The notes under the pieces were generated by a model. It was given only the letters and a program-made list of their open reading frames with translations, had not been told where the DNA came from and ran no database searches. Below are positions 37,834 through 46,886 of a stretch of DNA of 64,000 nucleotides, piece by piece. The stretch covers positions 204,445-268,444 of the forward strand of contig CAYRZH010000001.1 of NCBI GenBank assembly GCA_964428845.1, in the 5' to 3' direction. Within the stretch, counting starts at the first letter, position 1. Each line of letters starts with the position of its first letter. The stretch is from an uncultured Candidatus Saccharibacteria bacterium. GTDB taxonomy: Bacteria; Patescibacteriota; Minisyncoccia; Phycocordibacterales; DATGWK01. The translations under genes and the position numbers were made by a program.

Positions 37834-39771
37834 ATGGCGTTAAACTCTAAAGGCGGAAAGATAGAAAAGCTTGAAAAAGATCTTTATTCACGAGAGGCCC
37901 CACAAATAAGCGGTTTTGAGCGTGAACCTCTCAAGCCTCAAAGGAAAGGTAACAGTGCTGGTTGGAGTGAAAACGAGGACTTGGCCAAGGAACTTGCCAC
38001 CGAATACAGCGAGCCAAAGAAAACCTCTTTTTTCACAAAAGTTTTCATTGCTTCCATAATATTTTTCGTGGTGGCTGCGGGTATCGCCGCCTATATCCTT
38101 CTCGGTGGTTTCAACGTAATTTCTTCAAAAAATGTAGATATTCTCGTCGAAGGACCGATCGCCGCGGCGGCAGGGGAAGAGTTGGTCCTCGATATAACTG
38201 TCTCCAACAACAATAACGTCCTTCTCGAGCAAGTGGAACTTTTTGTAGAGTACCCCGAAGGTACCAGGATGTCGGAAGATCTAACAAAAGAACTTGTCCG
38301 AGACAAGATATTGTTTGACGATATACCATCAGGGAAGACGGGAACAAAAACGATCAAAGCTGTTCTTTTTGGCGAAAAAGATAGCGCCAAAGATATAAAG
38401 ATGACTCTTGACTATAAAGCTCGTGGAGCCAACGCCTCATTTTCTAAACAAAAAACCTATAGCATTGTTATAAAGTCGTCACCGATTCTTATGGAAGTGG
38501 CGTACCCCAAGGAAGTCAACGCTGGCCAGGAGATAACCTTCACCCTAAACATAACCTCAAATTCTGCGGCTCTTGTCCGTAATCTTATCCTCCGAGCAGA
38601 GTATCCGTTTGGCTTTAGTTTTACGGGTTCAGTTCCAAAGACGAGCTCTGATAATAATGTCTGGCGTGTTGGCGATCTCAATCCCAAAGAGAAACGAACA
38701 ATAGTCATAAAGGGAAAAATAGAGGGGCAAAATGAGGAAGAGAGGACTTTTAGATTCAACACCGGGATTGCCAAAGAGAATGACGAAAACCAAATTGGGG
38801 TTGATTTCATCTCTCTTTCCCAATCAATTTTAATTAAAAAACCATTCATCGATCTTGCTGTAAAGCTAAATCAAAGCAACGAAAAAGAATACTTCACCAA
38901 GATAGGTGAGCACGTGAGAGGGGAAATTTCTTGGTCCAACAGCTTACCGATTACGATCAACGACATCGAAGTTTTGGTCAAACTTTCTGGAAGTGCCTTG
39001 GACCGCAATACAGTAAGGCCGAGCCGCGGAGGTTTTTACCGATCGGCAGACAACACTATCACCTGGGACAAAAACAGTCTTCCAGAGCTTCGCTCTATCG
39101 GTCCAAACGATACAAATTCTGTCGGTTTCGAATTTAGTTCTATTCCGAGTTCACAGAATCTCATTGCCACTGGCAGGAATCTAGAAATGAATGCAAATAT
39201 TTCTGTCAAAGGAACTCGCATAACCGAAGATGGTGTCTCGCAGACAGTGACCACTTCATTTGATAGGAAGGTCAAGATACTAACCAATCTCTCGCTCAAT
39301 GGCCGCACTCTTTATTCGACAGGACCGTTTAGAAATACGGGGCCTGTGCCGCCCAAGGCTGAAGTTCCAACCTCGTATACTATCGTCTGGACGCTCTCCA
39401 ACACTTTCAATGATGTCACCGGGGCATCCGTCAGTGCGACACTGCCGCCATACGTCAAGTGGCTAAACGTCTTTAGTCCTACGAATTCGAACATTGTTTA
39501 TAACGCAGAGAATCGCACTATTGTTTGGAACAGTGGGGAAGTGAAGGCCGGTAGTGGTTTTAGTTCGCCTGCACAGGAAGTTTCTTTCCAGATTTCTCTT
39601 GAGCCGAGCTTAAGCCAAGTCGGAACAGTGCCGGCTTTGGTAGAAAATATTCAGTTTACAGGCACAGATCGATTTACTGGTAAAGTTATCGGTGAGTCGA
39701 AGTTGCCTCTCACGACCAGAGCAAGTACGGACCCTACCTACAATATCGGCAATGAGACGGTTGTGAGATAG
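37834..39771 (+). CDS. Large membrane-anchored extracellular protein with repeated beta-sandwich (CARDB/DUF11-like) modules
   Basis: N-terminal TM (FFTKVFIASIIFFVVAAGIAAYILL) then repeated ~100-aa beta-rich units. Typical CPR surface protein. Confidence 0.45.
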   Translation: MALNSKGGKIEKLEKDLYSREAPQISGFEREPLKPQRKGNSAGWSENEDLAKELATEYSEPKKTSFFTKVFIASIIFFVVAAGIAAYILLGGFNVISSKNVDILVEGPIAAAAGEELVLDITVSNNNNVLLEQVELFVEYPEGTRMSEDLTKELVRDKILFDDIPSGKTGTKTIKAVLFGEKDSAKDIKMTLDYKARGANASFSKQKTYSIVIKSSPILMEVAYPKEVNAGQEITFTLNITSNSAALVRNLILRAEYPFGFSFTGSVPKTSSDNNVWRVGDLNPKEKRTIVIKGKIEGQNEEERTFRFNTGIAKENDENQIGVDFISLSQSILIKKPFIDLAVKLNQSNEKEYFTKIGEHVRGEISWSNSLPITINDIEVLVKLSGSALDRNTVRPSRGGFYRSADNTITWDKNSLPELRSIGPNDTNSVGFEFSSIPSSQNLIATGRNLEMNANISVKGTRITEDGVSQTVTTSFDRKVKILTNLSLNGRTLYSTGPFRNTGPVPPKAEVPTSYTIVWTLSNTFNDVTGASVSATLPPYVKWLNVFSPTNSNIVYNAENRTIVWNSGEVKAGSGFSSPAQEVSFQISLEPSLSQVGTVPALVENIQFTGTDRFTGKVIGESKLPLTTRASTDPTYNIGNETVVR

Positions 39772-39816
39772 GGCAGCGAGCGGTATAGTAGACACCATTA
39801 AACATTCTAAATATCC

Positions 39817-41226
39817 ATGGAAGACAAGAAGAAAAAGGGAAAGGCTGGCAGCGTCAGTGAAGGAAGACCAGACTCCGGCGGCGAAAATAGCGGAAAAATG
39901 GAAAAAATAATCTCTCTTGCTAAAAGGCGCGGCTTTATCTACCAAGGTTCGGAAATATACGGTGGCTTGGCCGGTACCTGGGACTACGGACCACTGGGCG
40001 TGGCACTCAAGAATAATATAAAGAATTTGTGGTGGAAAAGGTTCGTGAGCGACCGGGAGGATATGTATGGAGTGGATACCGCTATCCTCATGAACCAGAA
40101 AGTTTGGAAGGCTACCAAGCATACAGAGGTTTTCGCAGATCCGATGGTGGAGTGTAAGAAATGCAAGCACCAGTTCAGGGGTGATCAGGTAGAAGGGAAT
40201 AAGTGTCAGGACTGCGGTGGGATGCTCGGAGAAGTGAAGACGTTTAACACAATGTTCAAAACCCACGTCGGCGCGTCAGAAGATGCTGCCGCCACTTCCT
40301 ACCTTCGCCCCGAGACCGCACAGGGCATGTTTGTAAATTTTAAAAATGTCGTCGACTCATTTCACCCGAAGCTTCCGTTTGGCCTCGCACAAACAGGGAA
40401 GGCTTTTAGGAACGAAATAGCTCCACGCGACTTTCTCTTTCGAGCCCGCGAGTTTGAGCAAATGGAAATAGAATATTTTATCCGAGCGGGCGAATGGGAA
40501 AAATATTTTGAGTACTGGAAAACTGAAATGATCTCATGGTTTGAGCAACTTGGAGTCGCTCGTGGCACTGTGCACGAGCTTGAGGTGCCAGCAGAAGATC
40601 GGGCGCACTACTCGGAACGCACTATTGATTTTGAATTCGACTTCCCGTTTGGAAAAAAAGAACTAGCCGGCCTTGCCTACAGGACCGACTTCGATCTTAA
40701 AAACCATGCTTCGGCTAGTGGTGTGGACCTGTCGTATTTTGATGAGGAGACGAAGGAGAGATTTACTCCTCATGTTATTGAACCTACATTTGGTCTCGAC
40801 AGACTTATTCTTGCCATTTTCTCGAGTGCTTACAGTGAAGATGACTTGGGTGGAGAAAAAGCAGATATGAAGGAAGAAGTGGCCGACAAAATTGAGAAAG
40901 CCGAGAAACGTGTTTTTCTGAAACTCGCACCCGCAGTCGCCCCTGTGCGTGTTGCAGTTTTTCCTTTACTTAAAAATAAGCCGCAACTAGTCGAGAAGGC
41001 TCGCGAAGTTTACGGTATGCTCAAAAAAGAAATTTCAGGAGCCGTAGTTTTTGACGACAACGGCAACATCGGCAAGCGCTACAGAAGGCAGGATGAGATC
41101 GGCACGCCGCATTGTGTCACTATAGATTTTGATACTTTAGAAAATGACACGGTCACACTCCGCGATCGTGATACGGGGAAGCAGGAGAGGGTGGAGGTAA
41201 AAGAGCTCAAAAAAGCTTTACTTTAG
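39817..41226 (+). CDS. glyQS: Glycyl-tRNA synthetase (class II, dimeric alpha2 type)
   Basis: FRNEIAPRDFLFRAREFEQMEIEYF motif 2; 469 aa. Confidence 0.9.
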   Translation: MEDKKKKGKAGSVSEGRPDSGGENSGKMEKIISLAKRRGFIYQGSEIYGGLAGTWDYGPLGVALKNNIKNLWWKRFVSDREDMYGVDTAILMNQKVWKATKHTEVFADPMVECKKCKHQFRGDQVEGNKCQDCGGMLGEVKTFNTMFKTHVGASEDAAATSYLRPETAQGMFVNFKNVVDSFHPKLPFGLAQTGKAFRNEIAPRDFLFRAREFEQMEIEYFIRAGEWEKYFEYWKTEMISWFEQLGVARGTVHELEVPAEDRAHYSERTIDFEFDFPFGKKELAGLAYRTDFDLKNHASASGVDLSYFDEETKERFTPHVIEPTFGLDRLILAIFSSAYSEDDLGGEKADMKEEVADKIEKAEKRVFLKLAPAVAPVRVAVFPLLKNKPQLVEKAREVYGMLKKEISGAVVFDDNGNIGKRYRRQDEIGTPHCVTIDFDTLENDTVTLRDRDTGKQERVEVKELKKALL

Positions 41227-41252
41227 GGCATATTTCTTCTGCAGCGCTACTA

Positions 41253-41282
41253 TTGACTCGAGCACCGTTTGTATGATATAAT
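41253..41282 (+). promoter_or_regulatory. Promoter TTGACT-18-(TG)TATAAT of P3, followed by a conserved structured leader (stem GCACAG..CTGTGC, then GCTTC-TTCG-GAAGC just upstream of the SD)
   Basis: Promoter plus leader are ~85% identical to 42880-42990 upstream of P4. Confidence 0.45.
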
Positions 41283-41366
41283 TTCGCACAGAAAGAGTAT
41301 GGCACTGTGCTGTATTCTAGTTCTCTGAACCGCTTCTTCGGAAGCACAGCAAGAAAGGAAAATGTC

Positions 41367-42071
41367 ATGAGCGCGAAACGCGTGTGTGACATGAGCCCAA
41401 GAAACGTGTGTGACATGAGCTGTGGGGCGATGCATGAGTTTGCATTGGCCCTCGACAAGGCCGGTTTTACCGCTAGTCTTGTACAACAGGTCATCAACTC
41501 GGGTGGCAACAAGCTCGCGAGAGCAATGCGTGCTGCTCTCACAACAGGAGTCGTGGTGGATGACCGGTTCGAACTGGTCGACTCCTTCGATGTCGTTGTG
41601 CCCGACGGCTACGACCACGCAACCCGTTTGGGGACGTTCTGGAGAGAACACGGCGAAGAGTTCGATTGCTACAACCCCTCCATCACCGACGAGAACTACA
41701 GCGGAGCGACAAACAAACTCGTCCCTGGTCGGGGGTTCAGGGTGAAGGTTTTCCAGATCAGGGGGGTCGTGTCATCCGACGATTGCCTGGCTCACCTGCG
41801 TTCGCAGAAGGCTGTACTTGTTGGCGCCCAAGGTGCGAGTCTTGCCTACGAACAGGGCAAGAACATGCTACCAGTCAACCGGTGGTCAGTCTCCTTCGAT
41901 GATAAGGATGCGCTTTTGGAAGACCCCAGTGGCTGGCATTGGGTGCCGGACGTGCTCCGCCACTCGGACGGTAGCTTCAGGTTCAATCTTGGTCAGTTCG
42001 AGTTAAACTGGAACGACGGCTTCTGCCTTCTCTGCTTCTGCGGCTTTGAGCCCGAGTCCTCTGGCGCCTAG
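41367..42071 (+). CDS. Uncharacterized protein, family member P3 (G+C-rich cassette gene)
   Basis: FDVVVPDGYDHAT...YNPSITDENYSGATNKLVPGRGFRVKVFQIRGVVSSDDCLAHL...AVLVGAQGASL...RWSVSFDDKDAL...FCLLCF. Tandem 16-nt duplication near the N-terminus (VCDMS x2). Confidence 0.5.
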   Translation: MSAKRVCDMSPRNVCDMSCGAMHEFALALDKAGFTASLVQQVINSGGNKLARAMRAALTTGVVVDDRFELVDSFDVVVPDGYDHATRLGTFWREHGEEFDCYNPSITDENYSGATNKLVPGRGFRVKVFQIRGVVSSDDCLAHLRSQKAVLVGAQGASLAYEQGKNMLPVNRWSVSFDDKDALLEDPSGWHWVPDVLRHSDGSFRFNLGQFELNWNDGFCLLCFCGFEPESSGA

Positions 42072-42086
42072 GCCGCTCGAAGCCTT

Positions 42087-42800
42087 CTTCGAACCCATAA
42101 CCCTTAGACCCTCAATCCCCAGTTTGCCAAACGGCAGGCTGGGGATTTTCTTTTACGGGAAACCAACATTATCTGTAAAACCTATAAGCCCTTGACTTTT
42201 TATATAATTATGCTAAGATCCAGGCAGAAATCAGCGGCGAAATGGTGTTCAGAGTAGCCACATAAACAAGATCTTTCAAGGGAGAAGTGTCATGAATAGC
42301 CTCTCGTGTCGTCGGGGTTTCTCGTTTGTCGAGCGTGTGATCGTGATCATCATTGCTTGCATCCTGGTATCGATCGTCATTTCGCGCTTCGGGCCCAACG
42401 GCCCGGCGCCGCAGGTGATGGTTACCACCCCGAGCGGTGAGGAGGCGGAAGTCAAGGTCGGCGAGATCATTATGGTGACCTTGAGGAGAGGCAAAGGCCT
42501 CAGCTATCACCTCGAAGAGGGGACCTACCTGATCAGTGCGATCGAGTACAATGGAGTGAACTGGGAAGTTGGTCTCCGCAAACTCGGGAAACCCGGATTC
42601 CCCAGACTCACTTACTTTCTGAGTGACTATGTGTTCAAGAAGGAGACGAGTACCTATATCTGGGTTCAGGTGATCGAACCCACTGATCCGCAGTACAAAG
42701 ATCTCATGGTCGAGTTCGCCAAGGGGGGTGGTAAGTAGGAAGAAGGGAGTGTGACACAAGTCGCCGACCATGGGGTTGGCGATTTTCTTTATCCATCCAT
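42087..42800. repeat. Copy A of a ~715-bp 100%-identical direct repeat (terminator + prepilin-like gene); part of a 1.6-kb tandem duplication
   Basis: Identical to 43684-44398 at an offset of ~1598 bp. Begins with a strong terminator (12-bp stem CCCCAGTTTGCC-AAAC-GGCAGGCTGGGG + ATTTTCTTTT). Confidence 0.85.
42292..42738 (+). CDS. Prepilin-type N-terminal cleavage/methylation-domain protein (pseudopilin-like), copy A
   Basis: RRG|FSFVERVIVIIIACILVSIV matches G-F-x-x-x-E with hydrophobic helix; 148 aa. Confidence 0.5.
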   Translation: MNSLSCRRGFSFVERVIVIIIACILVSIVISRFGPNGPAPQVMVTTPSGEEAEVKVGEIIMVTLRRGKGLSYHLEEGTYLISAIEYNGVNWEVGLRKLGKPGFPRLTYFLSDYVFKKETSTYIWVQVIEPTDPQYKDLMVEFAKGGGK

Positions 42801-42822
42801 TTCTTTATGCCGCACTCTCTTC

Positions 42823-42870
42823 ATGAAATTTAATAAAAAGATACTAAAGAGTGGTTTGCGTCTCATTACT
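42823..42870 (+). pseudogene. Duplicated 5' fragment of the M16 peptidase gene (MKFNKKILKSGLRLIT) left at the duplication junction. It runs in-frame through the P4 promoter/leader.
   Basis: Near-identical to the N-terminus of the intact gene at 44421. Confidence 0.55.
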
Positions 42871-42879
42871 GCGCTACTA

Positions 42880-42909
42880 TTGACTTGTGTACCATTCGTA
42901 TTATATAAT
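42880..42909 (+). promoter_or_regulatory. Promoter TTGACT-18-TATAAT of P4 plus the conserved structured leader
   Basis: Paralogous to 41253-41366. Confidence 0.45.
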
Positions 42910-42990
42910 CTCGCGCAGAAAGAGTATGGCACTGTGCTGTATTCTAGTTCCCTCAAACCGCTTCTTCGGAAGCAAAGGAAGGAAATGCCC

Positions 42991-43698
42991 ATGAGTAGTG
43001 GGAATGTCCGACTGATCACGTCTGGTCAAAAGTTCGAATTAGCGGCGGCGCTCGTCAAGGCGGTTCCGGAATTAGATTCGATGCCATTTGAGACTGCCCG
43101 GCGATGGATCGGCGATCAGAAGGCTATTGCCTGCGCCCTGTCGCAGGCTCTCATGCCGGCCGAGGTCGTTGGGGCACAGAAGACTATCCTCCGTCTGATT
43201 CCCGGTGCCGAGGCTCTCACCCTCGGACCCACCGACGGCCAGGCAACGATCGCAGAGTCAAGGGGCGTCTTCAACAACGTCGACCCCGGCTTCACGACCT
43301 GGGGAACAAACGTCCCCGGAGTCGCCACCGGGGAGATCGCTGTCTCTGTCTACGAATTGGTTGCAGACGCTTCCTTCGAGCAGATGTTCGGGTCGCTCCC
43401 CGCACGCCTCGGCGCGCTCTGTCTCACACAGGCTCAAATCATCAAGTTCGTACTAACACGCCAGCGTCACCTCCGCACCGACGGCTACGCCACGTTCTTC
43501 CTTTTCGAAGTGGGAAGCGAGTTTTTCGTCGCGCACGTGTACCTGCCCGCCGGTGGCGACCCCCATGTGCACTTCTACCGCCTCTCGGGCGCCTTCGGCT
43601 GGCACCGCGAGCACCGCCATCGCATCGTGGTTCCGCAACTCACCCCTGCCCGTCCCGGAATCCTGCCCCCAGCTCGATTCTCTGCTTCGAACCCATAA
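42991..43698 (+). CDS. Uncharacterized protein, divergent family member P4 (G+C-rich cassette gene)
   Basis: SD AAAGGAAGGAA 8 nt upstream. Retains only parts of the family core (FNNVDPGFTTWGTNVPGVATGEIAVSVYEL vs YNPSITDENY...LVPGRGFRVKVFQI). The C-terminus runs into repeat B. Confidence 0.4.
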   Translation: MSSGNVRLITSGQKFELAAALVKAVPELDSMPFETARRWIGDQKAIACALSQALMPAEVVGAQKTILRLIPGAEALTLGPTDGQATIAESRGVFNNVDPGFTTWGTNVPGVATGEIAVSVYELVADASFEQMFGSLPARLGALCLTQAQIIKFVLTRQRHLRTDGYATFFLFEVGSEFFVAHVYLPAGGDPHVHFYRLSGAFGWHREHRHRIVVPQLTPARPGILPPARFSASNP

Positions 43699-44398
43699 CC
43701 TTTAGACCCTCAATCCCCAGTTTGCCAAACGGCAGGCTGGGGATTTTCTTTTACGGGAAACCAACATTATCTGTAAAACCTATAAGCCCTTGACTTTTTA
43801 TATAATTATGCTAAGATCCAGGCAGAAATCAGCGGCGAAATGGTGTTCAGAGTAGCCACATAAACAAGATCTTTCAAGGGAGAAGTGTCATGAATAGCCT
43901 CTCGTGTCGTCGGGGTTTCTCGTTTGTCGAGCGTGTGATCGTGATCATCATTGCTTGCATCCTGGTATCGATCGTCATTTCGCGCTTCGGGCCCAACGGC
44001 CCGGCGCCGCAGGTGATGGTTACCACCCCGAGCGGTGAGGAGGCGGAAGTCAAGGTCGGCGAGATCATTATGGTGACCTTGAGGAGAGGCAAAGGCCTCA
44101 GCTATCACCTCGAAGAGGGGACCTACCTGATCAGTGCGATCGAGTACAATGGAGTGAACTGGGAAGTTGGTCTCCGCAAACTCGGGAAACCCGGATTCCC
44201 CAGACTCACTTACTTTCTGAGTGACTATGTGTTCAAGAAGGAGACGAGTACCTATATCTGGGTTCAGGTGATCGAACCCACTGATCCGCAGTACAAAGAT
44301 CTCATGGTCGAGTTCGCCAAGGGGGGTGGTAAGTAGGAAGAAGGGAGTGTGACACAAGTCGCCGACCATGGGGTTGGCGATTTTCTTTCTCCCTATCT
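43684..44398. repeat. Copy B of the ~715-bp identical direct repeat
   Basis: See copy A. Confidence 0.85.
43890..44336 (+). CDS. Prepilin-like protein, copy B (identical to copy A)
   Basis: Identical ORF translation. Confidence 0.5.
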   Translation: MNSLSCRRGFSFVERVIVIIIACILVSIVISRFGPNGPAPQVMVTTPSGEEAEVKVGEIIMVTLRRGKGLSYHLEEGTYLISAIEYNGVNWEVGLRKLGKPGFPRLTYFLSDYVFKKETSTYIWVQVIEPTDPQYKDLMVEFAKGGGK

Positions 44399-44420
44399 CC
44401 CTTTATGCTACACTCCCTTC

Positions 44421-45689
44421 ATGAAATTTAATAAAAAAACTTTGAAAAGTGGCCTGCGTCTCATTACTGTGCCACTCAAAGACAGTCCTGCTGTCACAGT
44501 ATTGGTGATGGTTGAGGCCGGTTCAAAATATGAGACCAAGGAGATAAATGGACTTTCACATTTCCTCGAGCACATGTGCTTCAAGGGGACAAAGAAACGC
44601 CCCAACTCCATAGACATAAGTCGCGAGCTCGACTCTATCGGTGCCCAATATAATGCATTTACTTCTCAAGAGTACACTGGCTACTATGCGAAGGCTCATC
44701 CCAAGCATTTAGCAAAAATCCTCGACGTTATCTCCGATATGTATCTCGATCCTGTTTTCGATAGTCGTGAGATAGAAAAAGAAAAAGGAGTAATCGTGGA
44801 AGAGATAAATATGTATGAGGATATGCCCCAGCGCCACGTCCACGACATTTTTATGGAGCTTCTGTACGGCGACACTCCTGCTGGTTGGAACATTGCCGGG
44901 ACTCGCCAGCGGGTCAAAGCTATGACCCAGAAACATTTTATTGACTATCGCTCCAAACACTATGTGGGGAAGGGAACTGCGGTGATCGTTGCCGGAAGCT
45001 TCGATGAAAAAAAACTTGCAAAAGATGTCGAAAAAGCTTTTGAGAAAATCAGCACAGCAAAAAAGCATTCGAAGATAAAAGTTGCAGAGAAGCAAAAAGA
45101 ACCGAAAGTATTTATAAAAGACAAAAAGACAGACCAGACCCATCTAGTTCTCGGCGTGCGGGCTTTCGATATTTTCAATAAAGATATTGCCAAGCTGAAG
45201 GTTTTAAGTGCCGTGCTTGGTAGTGGCATGAGCTCGAGGCTATTTCAGAAACTGCGCGACGAAATGGGTGTCGGATATTATGTGAGATCTGGTAGCGACG
45301 AATACACCGACCACGGCTATCTAGCTGTCTCTACGGGCGTCGACAAGTCACGTGTTGTGGAAGTTATTAAAGCTATTCTAGAAGAATTTAGGAGACTCAC
45401 CCGCGAGACCGTTCCACCAGCCGAGCTTGCGAAAGCCAAAGAATATCTTGTCGGTAACATGTATTTGGGCTTGGAATCTTCTGATGCACTCGCCGAATTT
45501 TATGGTTTTCAAGAAATTTTAAAACATAAAAATGAAACTCCCGCCGAAATTGCAAAGCAGATCGAGAAAGTGACAGCACAAGATGTGAAAAATATAGCAA
45601 AAAAAATATTCAAAAATCAGTCTCTAAATCTTGCACTTATCGGTGAGATAAAGGATAAAAAAGATCTTTCCAGATCATTTCGTCTTTAA
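44421..45689 (+). CDS. M16-family zinc metallopeptidase (insulinase/pitrilysin-like)
   Basis: HFLEHMCFKGT inverted zinc-binding motif HxxEH. Confidence 0.8.
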   Translation: MKFNKKTLKSGLRLITVPLKDSPAVTVLVMVEAGSKYETKEINGLSHFLEHMCFKGTKKRPNSIDISRELDSIGAQYNAFTSQEYTGYYAKAHPKHLAKILDVISDMYLDPVFDSREIEKEKGVIVEEINMYEDMPQRHVHDIFMELLYGDTPAGWNIAGTRQRVKAMTQKHFIDYRSKHYVGKGTAVIVAGSFDEKKLAKDVEKAFEKISTAKKHSKIKVAEKQKEPKVFIKDKKTDQTHLVLGVRAFDIFNKDIAKLKVLSAVLGSGMSSRLFQKLRDEMGVGYYVRSGSDEYTDHGYLAVSTGVDKSRVVEVIKAILEEFRRLTRETVPPAELAKAKEYLVGNMYLGLESSDALAEFYGFQEILKHKNETPAEIAKQIEKVTAQDVKNIAKKIFKNQSLNLALIGEIKDKKDLSRSFRL

Positions 45690-45791
45690 TTGTTTACAAT
45701 CTCATCGTCTTTCTTTCGTCTTCTGATTCAGTTTTGCCAACCCACTTTACAGGGTTTTTAAAAATTAGCTCTGGTGCTATGATATTCGTAT

Positions 45792-46886
45792 ATGGATTCT
45801 GACAAAAACGGTCTTCTTTTCCGAGTCAGTAGTGGTACGATCGCCAAAATTATCCTCATCGGTATCATTTTTTGGTTAGCATTTTTCCTGCGAGACATGG
45901 TCTTTGTTGTTCTTATGGCGGTGGTCGTAGCTTCTTCGATGGAGCCCTCGGTAAGATGGTTTATTGAAAGGAGGATCCCACGTCTCCTCGCTGTGCTCAT
46001 TATATATTTTTCCCTAGCCATTCTTCTCATCGGGATGTTCTATTTCCTCATCATTCCGCTTCTTGGCGATCTTCAGGGTTTCCTTAGCGCTCTGCCCGGC
46101 TACCTCGGATCGTTTAGCTCTTCCTACACTGCCACATCGAACATTCTAGATGGATCAGCGCTCGGACCAAGCTCTCGTAGCACGGTAGAAAATCTGATCG
46201 GCAATCTCCCTATCTCGGAAATTGTTTTGAAAGCCAATGCGACCATCTCGGCCCTTTCCAAAAATTTCTTCGGGGCCGCGAGTGCCGTCTTTGGTGGTGT
46301 TTTGAGTTTCGTTCTTATCATCGTCCTATCTTTTTATCTCTCTGTTCAACAAGACGGTATTACAAATTTCCTCAAGACAGTAACCCCATCCAAACATCGA
46401 AAATATGTCATAAACCTCTGGAGTAGGGCAGAGAAGAAGATCGGTCTTTGGATGCAGGGCCAGCTACTCCTCGGTGTGATTGTTGCCGTTCTTGTGTATC
46501 TCGGCCTAACTCTCCTTGGAGTAAAACACGCTCTACTTCTAGGCTTTCTTGCTGGTGTCTTCGAACTCATCCCTCTTTTTGGTCCGATTCTTTCAGCCAT
46601 TCCTGCTGTCGCTGTGGCTTTCGTAGACAGTGGTTTTACCATCGCTCTCGTGGTTGTCGGTCTTTATCTTATAATCCAGCAATTTGAAAGTCAGCTTATC
46701 TACCCACTTGTCGTAAAGAAAGTCGTGGGAGTTCCGCCCATTATCTCTATCGTTGCCTTGGTAGTCGGAGCCAAGCTCGCCGGTTTCATCGGTCTTCTCC
46801 TTTCTGTGCCGCTCGCGGCCATTCTTATGGAATTTTTCAATGACCTTGAAAAAGATCGTATCTTGGAAGAGAGCAAAGGTAAATGA
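45792..46886 (+). CDS. AI-2E family transporter (PerM/YhhT, UPF0118)
   Basis: 8 TM segments; conserved FELIPLFGPILSAIPAV region. Confidence 0.7.
   Translation: MDSDKNGLLFRVSSGTIAKIILIGIIFWLAFFLRDMVFVVLMAVVVASSMEPSVRWFIERRIPRLLAVLIIYFSLAILLIGMFYFLIIPLLGDLQGFLSALPGYLGSFSSSYTATSNILDGSALGPSSRSTVENLIGNLPISEIVLKANATISALSKNFFGAASAVFGGVLSFVLIIVLSFYLSVQQDGITNFLKTVTPSKHRKYVINLWSRAEKKIGLWMQGQLLLGVIVAVLVYLGLTLLGVKHALLLGFLAGVFELIPLFGPILSAIPAVAVAFVDSGFTIALVVVGLYLIIQQFESQLIYPLVVKKVVGVPPIISIVALVVGAKLAGFIGLLLSVPLAAILMEFFNDLEKDRILEESKGK

Noticed and set aside
42208-42771. 187-aa minus-strand ORFs 42208-42771 and 43806-44369 (identical pair)
   Set aside because: They are antisense to the prepilin-like genes inside G+C-rich DNA. 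Their low-complexity composition is typical of spurious long ORFs opposite high-GC coding sequence. No SD or motif.
41367-43698. Diversity-generating retroelement (DGR) targeting the P genes. The asparagine-rich, C-terminally variable P2/P3 tails (FNLGQFELNWNDG, FCLLC) and cassette hypervariability looked DGR-like.
   Set aside because: No reverse-transcriptase ORF (no YxDD motif) anywhere in the window. No template/variable repeat pair with adenine-specific mismatches: the P2-P3 3' ends differ at all four bases. The variation is whole-gene, not confined to a VR.
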